Shown: positions 41,058-54,358 of the stretch, one piece after another
How positions within the stretch are numbered: position 1 is the stretch's first letter
Layout: every line of letters starts with the position of its first letter
IMG/VR virus record: IMGVR_UViG_3300021387_000357
Coordinates: 1-64,000 of that record
DNA: 64,000 bases
Strand: one strand, 5' to 3'
Origin: a virus
Lineage: Duplodnaviria > Caudoviricetes
Translations under genes and position numbers: made by a program
The notes under the pieces: model-generated
What the model saw: only the letters and a program-made list of their open reading frames with translations
What the model was told of the DNA's origin: nothing
The model's database searches: none

Positions 41058-42545
41058 ATGAATACTTTTCTTAATCAAATGAAGAAAGATAATAATTTTG
41101 CTTATACTGAGAATGGTGCTTTAACTCATAGAACTACTAATTCAAAGGTACTTGATATGTTTGCACTTGGTGGAGCTTATAGAAATCGTTCTGATGCAGA
41201 GGTAATTCTACTTTTTAAAAACGCATTTGAAGAGGACGCTAACCTTGCAATAAAGTGTCTTTTTTACCTTAGAGATGTGCGAGGTGGGCAGGGAGAGCGT
41301 CGATTCTTTAGAGTTGCATATCGTTGGTTGTGTGATGCTTATCCTGAAACTGCAAAGAAAAATCTTGAAAACATTAGTGAGTATGGTCGTTGGGATGATC
41401 TAATTTATATCACAGAAGGAACAAAGTGTCAGACTGCCGCATTTAAGATTATTAAGCATCAGCTTGCTCTTGATATTCAGTGCAAAACTCCCTCCCTTCT
41501 CGCGAAGTGGATGCCTTCTCAGAACGCATCTAATGCAGATACTAAGAGACTTGGAGTTGCTCTTGCTAACTTCCTTAACATGACTAGCCGTGAATATCGT
41601 AAGACTCTTTCTGTACTTCGTGAGCGTATCAATGTTCTTGAGCGTCTTATGAGTGCAGGTAGATGGGATGAAATCGAGTTCGATAAAATTCCTTCTAAGG
41701 CTGGTCTTGTGTATCGCAATGCCTTTGCTCGCCGCGACATTCTTGCGAAAAAGTATGAAGAGTTTGCTAAAAGTGAAAACACTAAAGTAAATGCAAAAAC
41801 TCTTTATCCTTATGAAATTGTTGAAAAAGCTATTTCAAAAAGGTACAATAATGATCTTAATGATACAGAAAGACTAATGATTAATAAATATTGGTCTTGT
41901 CTTCCTGATTATCTTAATGGTCAAGATTGCAGTATGATGTGTGTTGTTGATACTTCTGGTAGTATGCACGGCATGCCCATTAACATTGCAATTAGTCTTG
42001 GAATGTATTGTGCTGAAAGAATTGGTAAACCTTTTAAGAACCATTATATCAGTTTCAGTTCAAGACCTCAGTTAATTTCTATTGAAGGTATTGATTTTGT
42101 AGATAAGGTAGAACGAATTTACAGAACCAATCTTTGTGATAATACTGATCTTGAAGCGGTATTTAATCTTCTTCTTGCTACGGCAAAAAAGTCGGGAGTA
42201 AGAAAAGAAGATATTCCGAAGCATGTGGTTGTTATTTCGGACATGGAAATTGATGCAGGAACCGGTAATTGGTATTCAGGTTCTAAAAGATGGACTAAAG
42301 AAGGAGCTTCCACTGAAATGGAGAAAATCCGTAAAAAGTGGGCGGCAGAAGGTTATAAACTTCCTCATCTAACTTACTGGAATGTAGACGCTAGAAACAA
42401 TAACATTCTTGACTCTGGTCCTAATGTTACTTTTGTTTCAGGTGCATCACCTGTAATTTTTAAATCAATTCTAACTGGTAAAACAGCCTGGGATTTGATG
42501 ATTGATGTTATTTGCGGCAAAAGATATGAGCCTGTTGTTGCGTAA
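41058..42545 (+). CDS. DUF2828 / TROVE (Ro60-like) protein with C-terminal vWA domain
   Basis: YTENGA, LFYLRDVRGGQGERRFF, YGRWDDL, LLAKWMPS, VVDTSGSM (MIDAS), ISDMEID, YWNV. Confidence 0.85.
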   Translation: MNTFLNQMKKDNNFAYTENGALTHRTTNSKVLDMFALGGAYRNRSDAEVILLFKNAFEEDANLAIKCLFYLRDVRGGQGERRFFRVAYRWLCDAYPETAKKNLENISEYGRWDDLIYITEGTKCQTAAFKIIKHQLALDIQCKTPSLLAKWMPSQNASNADTKRLGVALANFLNMTSREYRKTLSVLRERINVLERLMSAGRWDEIEFDKIPSKAGLVYRNAFARRDILAKKYEEFAKSENTKVNAKTLYPYEIVEKAISKRYNNDLNDTERLMINKYWSCLPDYLNGQDCSMMCVVDTSGSMHGMPINIAISLGMYCAERIGKPFKNHYISFSSRPQLISIEGIDFVDKVERIYRTNLCDNTDLEAVFNLLLATAKKSGVRKEDIPKHVVVISDMEIDAGTGNWYSGSKRWTKEGASTEMEKIRKKWAAEGYKLPHLTYWNVDARNNNILDSGPNVTFVSGASPVIFKSILTGKTAWDLMIDVICGKRYEPVVA

Positions 42546-42553
42546 TATATATT

Positions 42554-42586
42554 GAAGGATATGCAAATTTTGCATATCCTTCTTTT
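42554..42586 (+). terminator. intrinsic terminator after TROVE gene
   Basis: GAAGGATATGCA-AATTT-TGCATATCCTTC + T-run. Confidence 0.8.
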
Positions 42587-42802
42587 TTTATATATGCAAA
42601 AATTTCTTAGAACCTAGTAAATAGATCTTTGAGGCGGCTCGGCGCGAAAGCACTCGTATTCTGAAACTAAAAATGGGTTTAGAATTTTTTTCTTTAGATT
42701 TTATGAAAACTGATTTTTGGTCAAAAACAAATAATAAAATTAGAAGAATTTTAATATATAATTGTAAGAGTAATCTTAACAACAAGAGGGAGGGACTACT
42801 AA

Positions 42803-43276
42803 ATGATATTGCTCTAGCATTATTCCTTATCTGATATTCTTATGTTTACTATTTTTTTAGCATTGTCAATTAAAAGTTTAATTTCTTTTTTTGATTGGGC
42901 TTATGTATATATAAAAAAAGCATTTAATATAAAATATTCTAAGATTACATAGAAATAGGAATTAGAACGTCGTTTACAAAAAGGAAGCGAAGTCATGACA
43001 GAATTAAAACAAAATCAATAGGCAACGGATAAAATTTTAAAAGATTTATCTACAAAAATTGATATGTTAATTAATTCAGATCGAGATGACATAAAATCTT
43101 ATATAACAAGATAGCATCATTATTTCTGTTATAAATTAGGATATATTGATGATTTTAGTCTTGATTGTATTGAAAAAAGATTTAAACATTATTCTGATGA
43201 AGGCGGCAATTCTTTTATAGAAAATTTTATGAAAGATTTAAGAGCTTTACCAATTCAATCGCCAAAAGAAGAATAA
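42803..43276 (+). CDS. membrane protein, holin-like (five in-frame TAG)
   Basis: GAGGGAGG RBS; N-terminal TM; SDRDDIKSYITR[TAG]HHYFCY...YSDEGGNSF; ends TAA. Confidence 0.65.
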
Positions 43277-43309
43277 TAAGTTTTATAGAGAAAAAAGGAG
43301 ATTAAGGAT

Positions 43310-46300
43310 ATGGCAATTACTTCAAATTTATATCCGCCTTTAATTAATGATACGTTGCCAAGTTTTATAAGAACAAAAACTTGTAGAATTTATTTTTCTC
43401 TTTCTAATTATAATTCCGCAACGGATATAAAAAATGTTCAAATTTCTTTAATAAATCAAAGAACAAACCAATCTGCTTTTGATACAATAAAATATCCTTC
43501 TGGAATAAAAATAGCATCAATGATATATGATTCTAATATTCAAAATGACTTTAATTATTATGTAGAAATACCAGTTAAAGATTTAGCTGAAGGCGTTTTT
43601 GGTTTAAATCAATTTTATAAAGTTCAATTGCGTTTTACATCAAAATCAGCATCAGATCCTCCAAGTTTAGGAAAAGGATTGGCGACTTGGTTATATAATA
43701 ATATGCAATATTTTTCAGAATGGTCAAAAGTTTGTTTAATTAAAGGTATTGAACAACCAATTATCACTATTAGAGGTTTTGATAATACAGAAGCTAACCA
43801 AGAAACAATTTTAACAAATGCTATTATAGACATAATTGGATAGATGCATTATAAAAATGGAGTAGCAGAAAAAGAATATTTAAAACATTATAACATTAAA
43901 ATATATCAAGATAATGATTTAAATACGGTTCTTTTTAATAGCGGAGAAATTTATACTAATTAGTACAATCCTAATGAAATAAATTATGAATTAGGATATG
44001 ATTTATCTGATGGAGTTAATTATATTCTATCTTTTACATATACAACAAATAACTTATATACAGAAACAATTAATTATAATTTTGCTATTATACAAAGAGG
44101 CATTGATAAATTAAATGCAACCATTACTGCAACACCAGATGAAGAAAATGGTAGAATAAAAATTAATATTGTTTCAACTGATAGTGAAAGATTTATTGGA
44201 AATATAACAATTAGAAGAACTTCTTCTAAATCAGATTTTCATAAATGGGAAGATATAAAAACTATTACTTATGTAACAGGACAATAGTTAAATTATTCTT
44301 GGTATGATATTACCATTGAAAGTGGGGTTTGGTATAAATATTGCGCTCAACGCCGCAATGCACGGGGCGATAGGGGAGTAATTATTCAGATTGAGAATCC
44401 TGTTATGTGTATATTAAATGATATATTTTTAACAAGGAATGATAAACAATTAAAAATAAAATTTAATCCCTCTTTAAATGAGATAAAATATAATGTTACT
44501 GAATCTCAACAAGTAACTATTGGTTCTCAATATCCATATATAAAAAGAAATGGAAATAATTATTTTAGAACATTTCCTATTGGTGGGTTAATTAGTTCTT
44601 TTATTGATACAACAAATTGGTATGACCCACATTTTTATGATGGAGAGTTTCATAATAATGAGAATGAAATAGGAGCTTTTACTTCTAAAAATGATATTTA
44701 TGGAGAATCATAGAGTTTATATAATAATTATAATAATAAAAATAATATAACTTAGTATAATGATTATATTTATGAAAGAGAATTTAGAAAAAAAGTTTAT
44801 GATTTTTTATATAAACATGATGTAAAACTTTTCCGCTCCACAACAGAAGGAAATATTTTAATTAAACTAATGAATATAGATTTTCAACCTGTTGAATCTT
44901 TGGGACGAATGTTATATTCTTTTACTGCAACCGCAGTTGAAGTAGATGCAGCTACTATATAGAATTATCAAAAATATGGAATTCAAAATGTTGGAACTTA
45001 TGAAGATTATATTACATATGAACATGAAATATTAGGGCAAATTCAAGGCACTTATAATGAAAATAGTGGAAATATCTTAACCAGTATTATTAACTCAAAA
45101 TATAGTAATCAAGCAAATAAAGGATTTTTAAATCAGGTAAATAACTTAAAATGGTTAAAATTAGAAATTAGTTCAGATCCATATCTAATTATTGAAGAAA
45201 ATGGATCACTTATTCAAGCAGATAAAAATTCTAATATAAACATTAATAATGCAACAGTTGGATATATTGTAGAAATTAATGGTGTATAGATGATTATTCA
45301 TCCGAAAATTATTAGAAGGACAGAAAATGCGGTTGATGGAACTGGACCTATTACAACTTCATATATAGGTTATTTTGAGTTAAAAGAGTCAAATACAAAA
45401 ATTACATCTTTAAAATTTAAGTATCCGACAACGGTTTCTATTGATTATATTGCTAATCTTAAAGAAATTGAAGATACTTCTCAATTAGCTAGTAGAATTT
45501 ACTATTTACAAAAACCTGGTCAGATATATGGAAATTTTGAACCTAAAGACTCTATTTTCCGTAAAATTTATAATAAATATCTATTAAATTATAAAAAATA
45601 TTATCAGAGATTGATAAGTATAACTTAGATACAAGTAGAAGGCTAGCCGGGAACAGTCGTTTATGTAAAAGATTCTAAAGACACAGAAGCTTCACGTCAT
45701 ATCTTACAAAATGGATATTTACAATTAAAATAGGATGAAGTTTTTATTGAAGGAATTTATTTTTGCGGCAAGCATCTTACTCAATGTACTGATCCGCTAT
45801 AGATTTCAACAGTAAATGGAATTCAAGATTTTATATTACAAGAAGGAATATATGATAATTTAAATGACATTAGTAATCCTATTAATGGTGGAATATATCA
45901 AATAAAAACTTATGGCATATCTTCTTCTGTTTTAAAAATGCAAAATCAAAAAATATTATTAGTTCCAGAAAATTTAACAGAAAAAATTGAAATTACACCA
46001 GACAATTTTTATACATTATTACTTGAAACAATAGATGATGATAATATATTAAAATTTGTATATTATTATGGTTGCTGGTATGTTTTAAATTAGGCTTTAA
46101 AGAAAAAAGTTGAATTATTAAAAAATGATATTCGACATATTAGAGATGATGAATATATTTAGACAAATGAACGATATGATGATTTTTCTGAAATAAAAAA
46201 TCCTATTAATAATGGAGTATATTGGATTTCTGATTATGCAGTAATGCACTCTATTTCTTTTGATAGAAATACGGGATTATTAACAATAGAAAAAGAAGAC

Positions 46301-46480
46301 GCTATATTAAAAACAGACCAAAATTTTGCTTTAATTGTTCAAAAATTATATGAAGCATCAAAAAATAGATATATCTACTATCATAATAATTGGTATTTAT
46401 TTACGCCAGACAATGATGTATTATGTCCAATAGATGGAATAGTTAATTATTGTTGTGAAATCGTGAAAGGAGTGTATTAA
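43310..46480 (+). CDS. large virion/baseplate-associated protein (~1056 aa, multiple in-frame TAG)
   Basis: ORFs 43310, 44405, 45290 and 46244 share one frame and, where read, are separated only by TAG. Confidence 0.75.
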
Positions 46481-46482
46481 TT

Positions 46483-48516
46483 ATGACACATAACTTTCCA
46501 TATTTAAAAGATATTAATTTTTTAAAATTATTTGATTAGACTAAATTAAAATAGCAATTTGTAAAACTAATAGTTTTAAATTTTAAAGAAATGCCAATAA
46601 CTGAAATTCAAGGAAAAGTAATAAGCGGGAATCTTAATTTAGACGGGTCTTCTGGAATGAGAAGGACTGGTAATATTACTTTAGTAGCGGATGAATATTA
46701 GAATGATCTGACAGATACTAAACATTTATTATCAATTAATAAAAAAATTTAGTTATTAATTGGTTTTACTAATACAACAAAATAGTATTCTGATTTTCCT
46801 ATACTATGGTTTCCACAAGGAATTTTTGTTATTACTGCACCAAATATTTCACATGGAATGGGCGGGATTAATATATCTTTAACATTACATGATAAAATGG
46901 CTTTGTTAAATGGAGAATGCGGCGGGACTCTTCCCGCCTCAGTCATTTTTCATTAGGTTGAAGATATAGATGAAAAAGGATAGATTTATATACGACAGCC
47001 AACAATATATCAAATAATTCAAGAATTAGTTAATCATTTTGGCGGATAGCAGTTGGGGAAAATTATTATTAGTGATATAGATAATAAAATTAAAAAAGTA
47101 ATGAAATGGACTGGTTCTACTCCATTGTATTTATACCAGAGCCTAGATAAAAGTAATGGACAGCTTTTAAATCATTTTAGCACTAATTATAATGAAGCAA
47201 AAGAAGGTTCTGGTACTATACAAGAATTTTCATATGGAGAAGATGTTGGATATATTTTAACAGATTTTACATATCCTGGTGAATTAGTTAGTAATGCAGG
47301 AGACACTGTTGTTACAATATTAGATCAAATTAAAAATGTTCTTGGTAATTATGAATATTTTTATGACATAGATGGTAATTTTAGATTTCAAGAAATTAAA
47401 AATTATTTAAACACATCATATTCCACTTTTAAAATTAATGAAATAAATGAAAATAATTATTTAGTTGATTATACAAGTGGAAAATCTGTATATACTTTTA
47501 CTGATGCAAATATAATTACTGCATTTTCAAATTCTCCTCAATATCAGCAAATAAAAAATGATTTTATTATTTGGGGAAAAAGGCAAACAACAGATGGCAA
47601 ATAGGTTCCTATTAGGTATCATTTGGCCATTGATAAAAAACCGTAGATAGGAAATGAATATAAGGTATTCTTTTTTACAGATCCGGATGATGGAATAGTA
47701 AAAGCAAAAAAACCTGTAGAATTTGATAATAGAGAAAGTTTCCCAACAAAAGGATAGGTTGGTAATTATTATCTTGCGGCAGATACTGCAATTATTTATA
47801 AATGGGCGTCTGATGTTCATAAGTTTGAACAAACCTCCTACACTATTTAGACAATAAAAACAACCGATTATAGAACTGAATTATATATGGCAGGAGTTGC
47901 TAGTTAGCCTTTTGGATTGAATAGTAATTATTATTATACTGAATTAAAAAATTAGTGGCCTAAATTATATAATGTGAGGGGGTCAAATCCAGGTTTTTTT
48001 GAAGAAAATATCTTACAACCAAGTAATATTGATTTCTTTTTAGATTTTATTGATACTAATTCTGCTTTAGAAGAATTTAATATTAATAATATTGGAAGAA
48101 GAACTGTTGTTTTAAATGATGATAAAATTAATTGTATTTTTTAGCCAAATAATCCAGATATAGTGATTATATAGGCTGGAACCTTAGATACAGATACAAT
48201 TAGAGAAGAATGTGAAAATAGAAAACAAGAATATGTACAAGTTAGATCTTAGTTATATTCTCTTTTAATGAATGGTGGTTTTTTAAGATCTGCTTATGAA
48301 TAGATGAGAAAAGAATTATATCAATATACCAATTATAATTAGCAAGTTTCTTTAACTACCTTACCGATATATTATCTTGAACCAAATGTAAGAATTACAA
48401 TTCGAGATGTTGAATGTGGTATTTATGGAGATTATATGATAAAATCTTTTTCTATTCCATTAGATGTAAATGGAACAATGTCTATTTCTTGTACAAAAGC
48501 ATTAGAAAGAATTTAA
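46483..48516 (+). CDS. baseplate hub/tail-associated protein (~677 aa, multiple in-frame TAG)
   Basis: In frame with ORF 47053; LDGSSGMRRT, WFPQG, YFYDIDGNFRFQEIKNY, LPIYYLEPNVRI motifs. Confidence 0.75.
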
Positions 48517-48539
48517 GAGTTAAAAGGAGAGCAATAAAT

Positions 48540-49238
48540 ATGTATCAAATTGGACAATTTAGAAAATCTCAAATGGATTCTTATTCGACTCCTTTACAAA
48601 TGACAATGGGATAGCAAGAAACAACCATTTCTTCTGAAGGAGATGTTATTTTTTATAATATATGTGGGAATTTAATAGGCGATAATGTCGTTAATAGTCA
48701 AAATTCTTATTATTTACGTTTTGGAGTTAGACAAAGAACCGATTCTGAACAAAGATTTTATTTAAAATTAAGAAATATTACTGAAATAGAAGATAATGAA
48801 CAGTTGTTAGAAGAATTTGTTGTTCCTAGCGGAGTTTCTATAATATATTTTGAAATAGTATTTACGCCTAATTCTACTTACAATCAAATACTTTGGGAAT
48901 TACAAAGAACTATTTTAGATTATCAAATGTTAAATACAAATAATAATCATTATGGTAGAGTAATGAATGTTGAAATACAAAGCTTTACTAGATTAATAGA
49001 TGTTATGACCACATTAAAAAATCTTTATCCTAATATGAATTATTTAAGTAAAATCGGGATTCAAGGCCCACCATCTATGTTAATGTGTATAAATGGAGAA
49101 CAGATAAGAATAGGAAAAAGCGGTATTTACGAAATTAATAATGGAATAATTAAAATTATTTCTATTAGTTTTGTTCCTAAATAGTCAACTCTTTCTTCAA
49201 ATCAAACAGATTATTTTATTATGGATTTTGAATATTAA
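48540..49238 (+). CDS. putative virion protein (in-frame TAG)
   Basis: AGGAG RBS; in frame with ORF 48804; ends TAA. Confidence 0.7.
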
Positions 49239-49255
49239 TTAGAGGAGGATTAAGA

Positions 49256-51109
49256 ATGTATTCTTTTTATGGCGGACAACCAGGTAATTCTTTTATAATT
49301 ATTACAACATATAGAAGTATTGCTGATATGGTTGCTAAATTTAAATTAGGATCAGAATATACCGCAGTTCATTTTGATTAGCATGTAATGATTAATACTG
49401 TTAATAAAAATGATCCAGATAATGGTAAAATATATAGACGCGGTTACGATTTTAATAATGATATGGGTGGAGCCGAATTTGTAGGTACTATAGTGGGTCC
49501 CGCAGGAAAAGCTCCAATGATAGAAATGACAACAATAGCAGATGTAAAAAGAAAACAATCATCTTAGGGTTATAGCTAGCGGCGTTCATCTGGAAGCTAT
49601 TCTGTATCTGAAAACAATCTAGTTCCTGGTAAAAAAACTGATGGAACTTTTAATGACGCAATTACATGGGAATGTTGCTCTATAAGAAATCAAAATAATG
49701 AAGATACTACTGCATATGTTGGTTTTACTTTTCCATATACTGTAATTGATGTAGAAGCAAAAACTGTATAGCCATATTCCAGTGGTAGATATGCTGATAT
49801 GAGCGGCGCCACCCGCATTGATGATTATAAACATCCCTTTTATGAGAAATGGCGATTAGATATTCCGAATGGAGTAAAAGGAGATAGTTTTAAAAATTTA
49901 AAAATTCAAGTTGCAGATTCTACTATTGAAGAATATTAGGGTCAAGCAGATGATATAAATAATAATCGTGAAGTTTTAGTATATGAATATTATAATTATG
50001 AAACTTTAAAGAGCGGAAATCCAAAAAAAATTTATTTAGGTGATTATAATAATATTGATAATATTTCTATGTCTTAGGATGGAACTATTACTATTGAATA
50101 TAGTCATGATAATGATAAAATTTTTAATAAAACTATAAAATGGATTGATGATATCGCTGTTGCAAATGATGGTACATTAACTATTTCTTGGAACAATGGA
50201 ACAGCTGATACTGTTTTTAATAAAAAAATAAAATGGATAACATCAGTTGTAATGTCTTCTAGTGGAAATGTTTCTGTAAATTATAATACCGATTAGAGTT
50301 TTATAATTGGACAAGTAAAATGGATTCATTCAATTGAATTAAACAGCGATGGTACTTTAGCAATTAATTATAATACTGGAGAAAGACAACTTATTGAAGA
50401 TCATAAAATTAAATGGATTGATAGTGCTCAATTAACAAATGGTCATGTGCTTATTTTTACATATAATGATGCAACTTCAGATACTTTTAACTTAATTCTT
50501 CCAAATAATGTAACTATAAATACAGGAACATTGTAGGGAGAAGGAACTCAAAAAGTAAGAGTATCTTGGACTAATGGAGAATATGCAGAAATTGGTAATC
50601 CTATTAATTATATTATGTAGGCAGCTGTTAATGATAATGAGCATTTACTGGTTCGATATTCAGATCCTGTAAGAAGAGCTTTAAGTACAACAGTGAACTG
50701 GGATGGAAAATCAGGCTGGACAGATATTGGTAGTTTAAAAGTTCCATATATATATGGAGATCCTGCGGCAACTAATTTAAAATGGTCTGGTATGGGGATG
50801 ATAACCGATTCTGAAACAGGACATTTAAGTGTTGTTTTTACAATGCCATTAACTCAATTATTAGATCAAAATATTACCGCGGTTAACATTACCAATGGTA
50901 GATTATATGTTGATTCTCAAAGTAGTATTCATGATTTAAATAATTTTGTAATGAATTCTACAAATACCACAGTAACTAAAACATTAAGTGGTTTAGAATT
51001 TCAAGTTCAAACAGAATATGAAAACTCAGGTGGCGCTTCAATAGAAATTGCAACAATTTTTATAAATCAATTAAGTTTATCATTCGTAAGACCTATAGGG
51101 GAGGGGTAA
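49256..51109 (+). CDS. putative tail protein with internal IKWI...DGT repeats (in-frame TAG)
   Basis: GAGGAGG RBS; in frame with ORF 50693. Confidence 0.7.
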
Positions 51110-51112
51110 TAA

Positions 51113-51433
51113 ATGACTAATGGTTATTTTGGAGTGATACAGGGTCCATTTATTGCAAACGAAGAAATTCTTACAAAAATTCAAGAACAGTGTTTATATT
51201 AGATAGATTATATTTCTAAAATAGGAATTATATATAATGGAGATTTAAATTTAGATGTGAATAACACTGTTTCTCCAAAAATTATAGTTATTATAAATGA
51301 CATATAGTTTCAAATTGGAAAAACAAAAATATTAGAATTAGAAGATACAGAAATTAATTCTATAAAATTTAAAGAAAACACTGATGATAAAATTTATATT
51401 GATTATCAATATTAGAAAATTAGTAATGAATAA
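51113..51433 (+). CDS. putative virion protein, resembles C-terminus of 48540 gene (three in-frame TAG)
   Basis: GGAGGGG RBS; SKIGI...IN...IGK motif shared with 48540. Confidence 0.65.
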
Positions 51434-51475
51434 AAAAGGGGATAGATATAAATTATCTATCCCCTTAATTTTTTT
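51434..51475. terminator. bidirectional terminator at convergence of structural operons
   Basis: AAGGGGATAGAT-ATAAATT-ATCTATCCCCTT with A- and T-runs. Confidence 0.8.
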
Positions 51476-51613
51476 ATATATTTTATAAATTATATTCAAC
51501 TTTTGTAATCATTAAATAATATTTAATACTGATTTAAAGTGTCCTTTAAAACAGTGTTAATTTGCTCTACCATCACTTACAGGAACATATTATTATGTTA
51601 CTCAATAATCACT

Positions 51614-54022
51614 TTAATCATCAATATACTTTTTCATATGACTAAAAGCTTCTGGATATGAAACAATTTCAATCCCATGATTAATAATATATTGAATTAA
51701 ATTATTAAAACTTGGATACCCTACTTGATAACCATTTTCATCTAATGAAGTATCCCATTCTTCCGTGCCCCAGGCATTAAAATGCGTACACAGAACAAGC
51801 ACTCCGTTTCCGCCTTCTTTTACATATATATCAATGAGACTCTTAACAGCATCCAATCTAGAATACTGATCACCTTCAGGATCATAAGCTTGACGCATAA
51901 TTCTGTATTTATCAATATGCTCATAGTTGTTATAATACCTATCGGAGGTAGTTATAACACTATCAAAATTAAAGAAACGACCTAACTTTTCTGTTCTTGC
52001 TTCTTTTCTACCGCCAGGAACCACCCAATGGTTTGAAGAAAGTAATCCATTTGTCTTCATAAAACGAATGGCTTTTGTTAAGTCTTTTCTTTGTTCATCT
52101 ATATTAGGACCAGTCGGTCTCCAATAACTATTATTCTGATTTGAACAATGTAACAACATGCCAAACCCATCGCCTTCATATTCTAATAACTTGTTAATGT
52201 CAACATTATTATCCTCTATATGTTGTGTCATTACGGCATAATTTCCCACAACTCCATTATGCTTACAAGCATTATAAAATCTATCAACATATTCGTTCCT
52301 GGAGGTATCGTCATCTATTATAGTGCATATATATCTGTCATATATTGGTGCTTTTGATTTTCTTTTATCAACTCGATATAATTTTATATTAGAAATACTT
52401 CCGTTAACCGTTGACAAATGATTAATCTTAATCCTCATATAGAATCCAACGGTAGTTATTGGAACGTTAAAAACAAATGGCTTGTGATTGATAAACAATG
52501 TAGAAGACCCATTTTCAAAAAAGCAGCCAATTTCAAATAATATATTATCATCGCTAGAATCAAAAATTATTTTATAAGCTTGACCCGGAATTAACCAGTC
52601 TGGAATCGTTGTCTGTTCATAATATAAGTTAGTAAGTGCATTGGAAGTGGTTGTTCCAGTCACAACACATTCTGAATTATCTTCGTTCCACGTAAAGGTT
52701 ATACCATTAACGGTTCTTGAAATATATGTAATATTATCCATATCAACATATGTTTCATTAGTTCTAAATAACTGTATAGTGATAATATCGTCAAAAACGA
52801 TTTCGTGAGCTATTATATACAATCGCATATTAATACCAGTAACAGATTCATCAACGCTGAAATCAAAGTCACTATATGAATTAATATATTCAATGGTATC
52901 TCCCCTATAAAGATACAATCTGCATACTATTTTGAAGTTGGCATTGTCAAAACGCACATGGTATTTTTTGTTTCGCTCAATCCAACTAGGCACCATTTCT
53001 GGGCTATAAATAATGTTTTTAAAAGACTGAGATGCCTATTGCGAAAGCGTACCATTTACTTTCCATATACCATTTTTTCTATACGTGTATGTAATGCCTT
53101 GCAATTCTGAACTATCCGTAACTCCAAATGCATCTAACAAATCCGTCCCTAACAACGTAAAATTATTTGTAACGCTTTCATTAAGAGTATCAATTTCATT
53201 AGCTAATTCAACATTTGTTTTAGCATTCAAAACTGCGATATTATTAACAACCACATTGACAGTATTGTTCGGATTAACTATAAACCGTATAATCATCCCT
53301 GTACAATTATCGGGAATATTCAATTTGCCATCAGCTTTAAATATTACTTCTCTACCGCCAGTCGATGCACCGTCAAAATATAATAAAAATACCAATGAAA
53401 CAATACGATTATCACTTATATAGCATTTTACTCTATAACTATTACCGGGTTCAATTCCTTCTGGTAATTTATTATAATTTACGTAGAGATTGTAGTTTGC
53501 TCGACTGCTTCCAGTTGTACCGACGACGGAGCATTCTGTTTTATCTGAATTCCAAGTAAAACTTACTCCTCCCGTTGTTTTATCAGTATATGTTACATTC
53601 TTCCTAAATAAATCCATAGGATTAAATTGGGAAAGATTATTTAAATCTTTCTTTAAATCAGTAATATTATCACCAACAACCTTACTATCCGCAGCAGAAC
53701 CACTTATAGTCAGACTCTAATCAACTGTCACCGCACTTCCAACAGGATTAACATTATTACTTAACCAATTAGTTACATCTATGCTAATCTGACTAGCTAT
53801 ATAACTATTCAAATCCGCAATATTTAATTTTCTATTATCTAATAAAGTAATTTGACTTTGAATAGATCCATTAGTATCTAAATCAACCTACCCAATTATA
53901 TCTACTATTGAATTAGAAGATGTCTCATCCCAAACAACATTTTCTGCTAATACTTGGACAGGTATATCGTCAGAATAAGTACCATCATCTTGTTTAATTC
54001 TAATACTTGTTAATTTATTCAT
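51614..54022 (-). CDS. tail fibre/spike with C-terminal polysaccharide-deacetylase-like domain (~802 aa, in-frame TAG)
   Basis: ATG 54022; ORFs 53036 and 51614 joined via TAG; TIIDDD...LLHC...WVVPGG NodB-like motifs. Confidence 0.7.
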
Positions 54023-54195
54023 TTATGTTTTTTCCTTTCTGATAAGGGATATTTTAATAATTTGATGATATTTTAAATATCCCTTATCTTTTTATATTTT
54101 CTAAGGAGGGAAATTTATTTAAAAATAATTTATAGAAAATAATAAACTATAAATATTTTTTATTTATTTTTACATGTTTCATTTAAAATGTACAT

Positions 54196-54345
54196 TTATT
54201 TAGTTTTAATTTTTAAACCAGTGATAATGTACCTATCACCATTGGTATCGTAAAAAATACCGTCATCTTTTACTGCCATTACAAACACGATCCCCATTTC
54301 CTTCAGAATTTCTTCTAACTTTTTTAAATTCTCGTTTGTAATCAT
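54196..54345 (-). CDS. small hypothetical protein
   Basis: AAAAGG RBS before MITNENL. Confidence 0.5.
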   Translation of the reverse strand: MITNENLKKLEEILKEMGIVFVMAVKDDGIFYDTNGDRYIITGLKIKTK

Positions 54346-54358
54346 GATTATACCTTTT

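Noticed and set aside
43310-51433. Pseudogenisation or G>T sequencing error as the cause of broken structural genes
   Set aside because: In the frames read, interruptions are only TAG (no TAA/TGA or frameshifts), they cluster by gene class, and a CUA tRNA is present; reads should still be checked
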